This document shows, one piece after another, positions 63,165 to 64,000 of a stretch of 64,000 nucleotides of DNA. Source of the DNA: an uncultured Alteromonadaceae bacterium (GTDB lineage: Bacteria > Pseudomonadota > Gammaproteobacteria > Pseudomonadales > Halieaceae); contig CAYVQI010000001.1 in NCBI GenBank assembly GCA_964454155.1, forward strand, positions 4,844 to 68,843, read 5' to 3'. Both the position numbers and the translations under genes were made by a program. Numbering within the stretch: the first letter of the stretch is position 1; each line of letters opens with the position of its first letter. The notes under the pieces were generated by a model that worked only from the letters and a program-made list of their open reading frames with translations, did not search any database and had not been told where the DNA came from.

Positions 63165-63300
63165 AAACGAATAACCTGGGAAAAAGCGTAGATTATCATG
63201 ATCGCGACAAATCTCGGTGCTCGCAGTCTAAGCCTCGCCGATCAGCGTATACTCCATCGGTTTTCCGATTCACTTCCCGACGTACAAAGAGCCCACCAAT

Positions 63301-64000
63301 ATGGACACGATTCAGGTTCGCGGAGCACGCACGCACAACCTAAAAAATATTGACCTCGACATACCGCGGGACAAATTAGTGGTGATTACGGGTTTGTCGG
63401 GTTCAGGAAAGTCGTCGCTTGCATTCGACACCCTCTATGCCGAAGGCCAACGTCGTTACGTGGAGTCTCTCTCGACCTACGCACGCCAGTTCCTGTCGAT
63501 GATGGAGAAGCCTGACGTAGACCATATTGAGGGGCTTTCTCCCGCGATCTCTATTGAGCAGAAATCAACGTCGCATAATCCACGTTCAACCGTGGGGACA
63601 ATCACTGAGATCTATGACTACCTCCGGCTTCTGTTCGCTCGAGTCGGTGACCCAAAGTGCCCAACGCACGGCATCAGTCTCAAAGCTCAAACGGTGAGTC
63701 AAATGGTTGATACGGTGATGGCCATGCCCGAGGGTGAGCGACTCATGCTGCTGGCACCTTTAGTGCGTGACCGAAAAGGCGAACATTTGCATGTCTTTGA
63801 GCAGGCACGCGCCGCAGGGTTCATCCGTGTGCGGGTGGACGGCATTGTCTGCGACCTTGACGACGTGCCCGAGCTCGACAAAAAGAAGAAGCACCGCATT
63901 GACGTCGTCGTGGATCGATTTAAAGTCCGTGACGACCTTGCACTGCGTCTTGCAGAGTCGTTTGAGACGGCACTTGAGCTCACGGACGGACTCGCCAGTG
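63301..64000 (+). CDS. uvrA: Excinuclease ABC subunit A (partial, runs off the window edge)
   Basis: [45 protein letters not shown]. Confidence 0.97.
   Translation, partial: MDTIQVRGARTHNLKNIDLDIPRDKLVVITGLSGSGKSSLAFDTLYAEGQRRYVESLSTYARQFLSMMEKPDVDHIEGLSPAISIEQKSTSHNPRSTVGTITEIYDYLRLLFARVGDPKCPTHGISLKAQTVSQMVDTVMAMPEGERLMLLAPLVRDRKGEHLHVFEQARAAGFIRVRVDGIVCDLDDVPELDKKKKHRIDVVVDRFKVRDDLALRLAESFETALELTDGLAS

Noticed and set aside
63165-63300. LexA box upstream of uvrA
   Set aside because: No CTG-N10-CAG match was found by eye.

Overview
A gene-dense window (about 60 CDS) that looks like a heterotrophic marine gammaproteobacterium; OM60/NOR5-Halieaceae-like is inferred from gene content only. 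I see no rRNA, tRNA, CRISPR array, prophage or IS element. The left ~44 kb is accessory metabolism. It holds two TonB-dependent receptors, a choline operon (betB-phosphoesterase-betA-BCCT) and an sxtI/J/K-like carbamoyltransferase module divergent from a membrane-anchored SGNH-TPR protein. It also holds a C1 module (DmdA/GcvT-like demethylase, MetF-like, frmA, fghA), a bicarbonate module (OxyR-like LysR, iota-CA, BicA-like SulP, rhodanese, gamma-CA), nupC with a 2OG-Fe(II) oxygenase, CRY-DASH/DUF2256/(6-4) photolyase, and acyl-CoA dehydrogenases. The right ~20 kb is core genome: hemH, proB-obgE-rpmA-rplU, ispB, pgi, manB-galU-manC, fabA-fabB, moaB, ssb and uvrA. The best candidate for a new system is the carbamoyltransferase module. 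Its unannotated 50-aa SxtK-like peptide ends in FIYTIF, matching the DltX/PatA/AlgI tyrosine relay motif, and it sits beside a DltD/PatB-like SGNH protein. This suggests an MBOAT-free relay that carbamoylates a cell-envelope polymer. Other strong leads are a CO2/HCO3- module controlled by an OxyR paralogue lacking the peroxidatic Cys, and a small ORF plus structured attenuator-like leader upstream of nupC. All family assignments come from motif recognition by eye, with no database searches.
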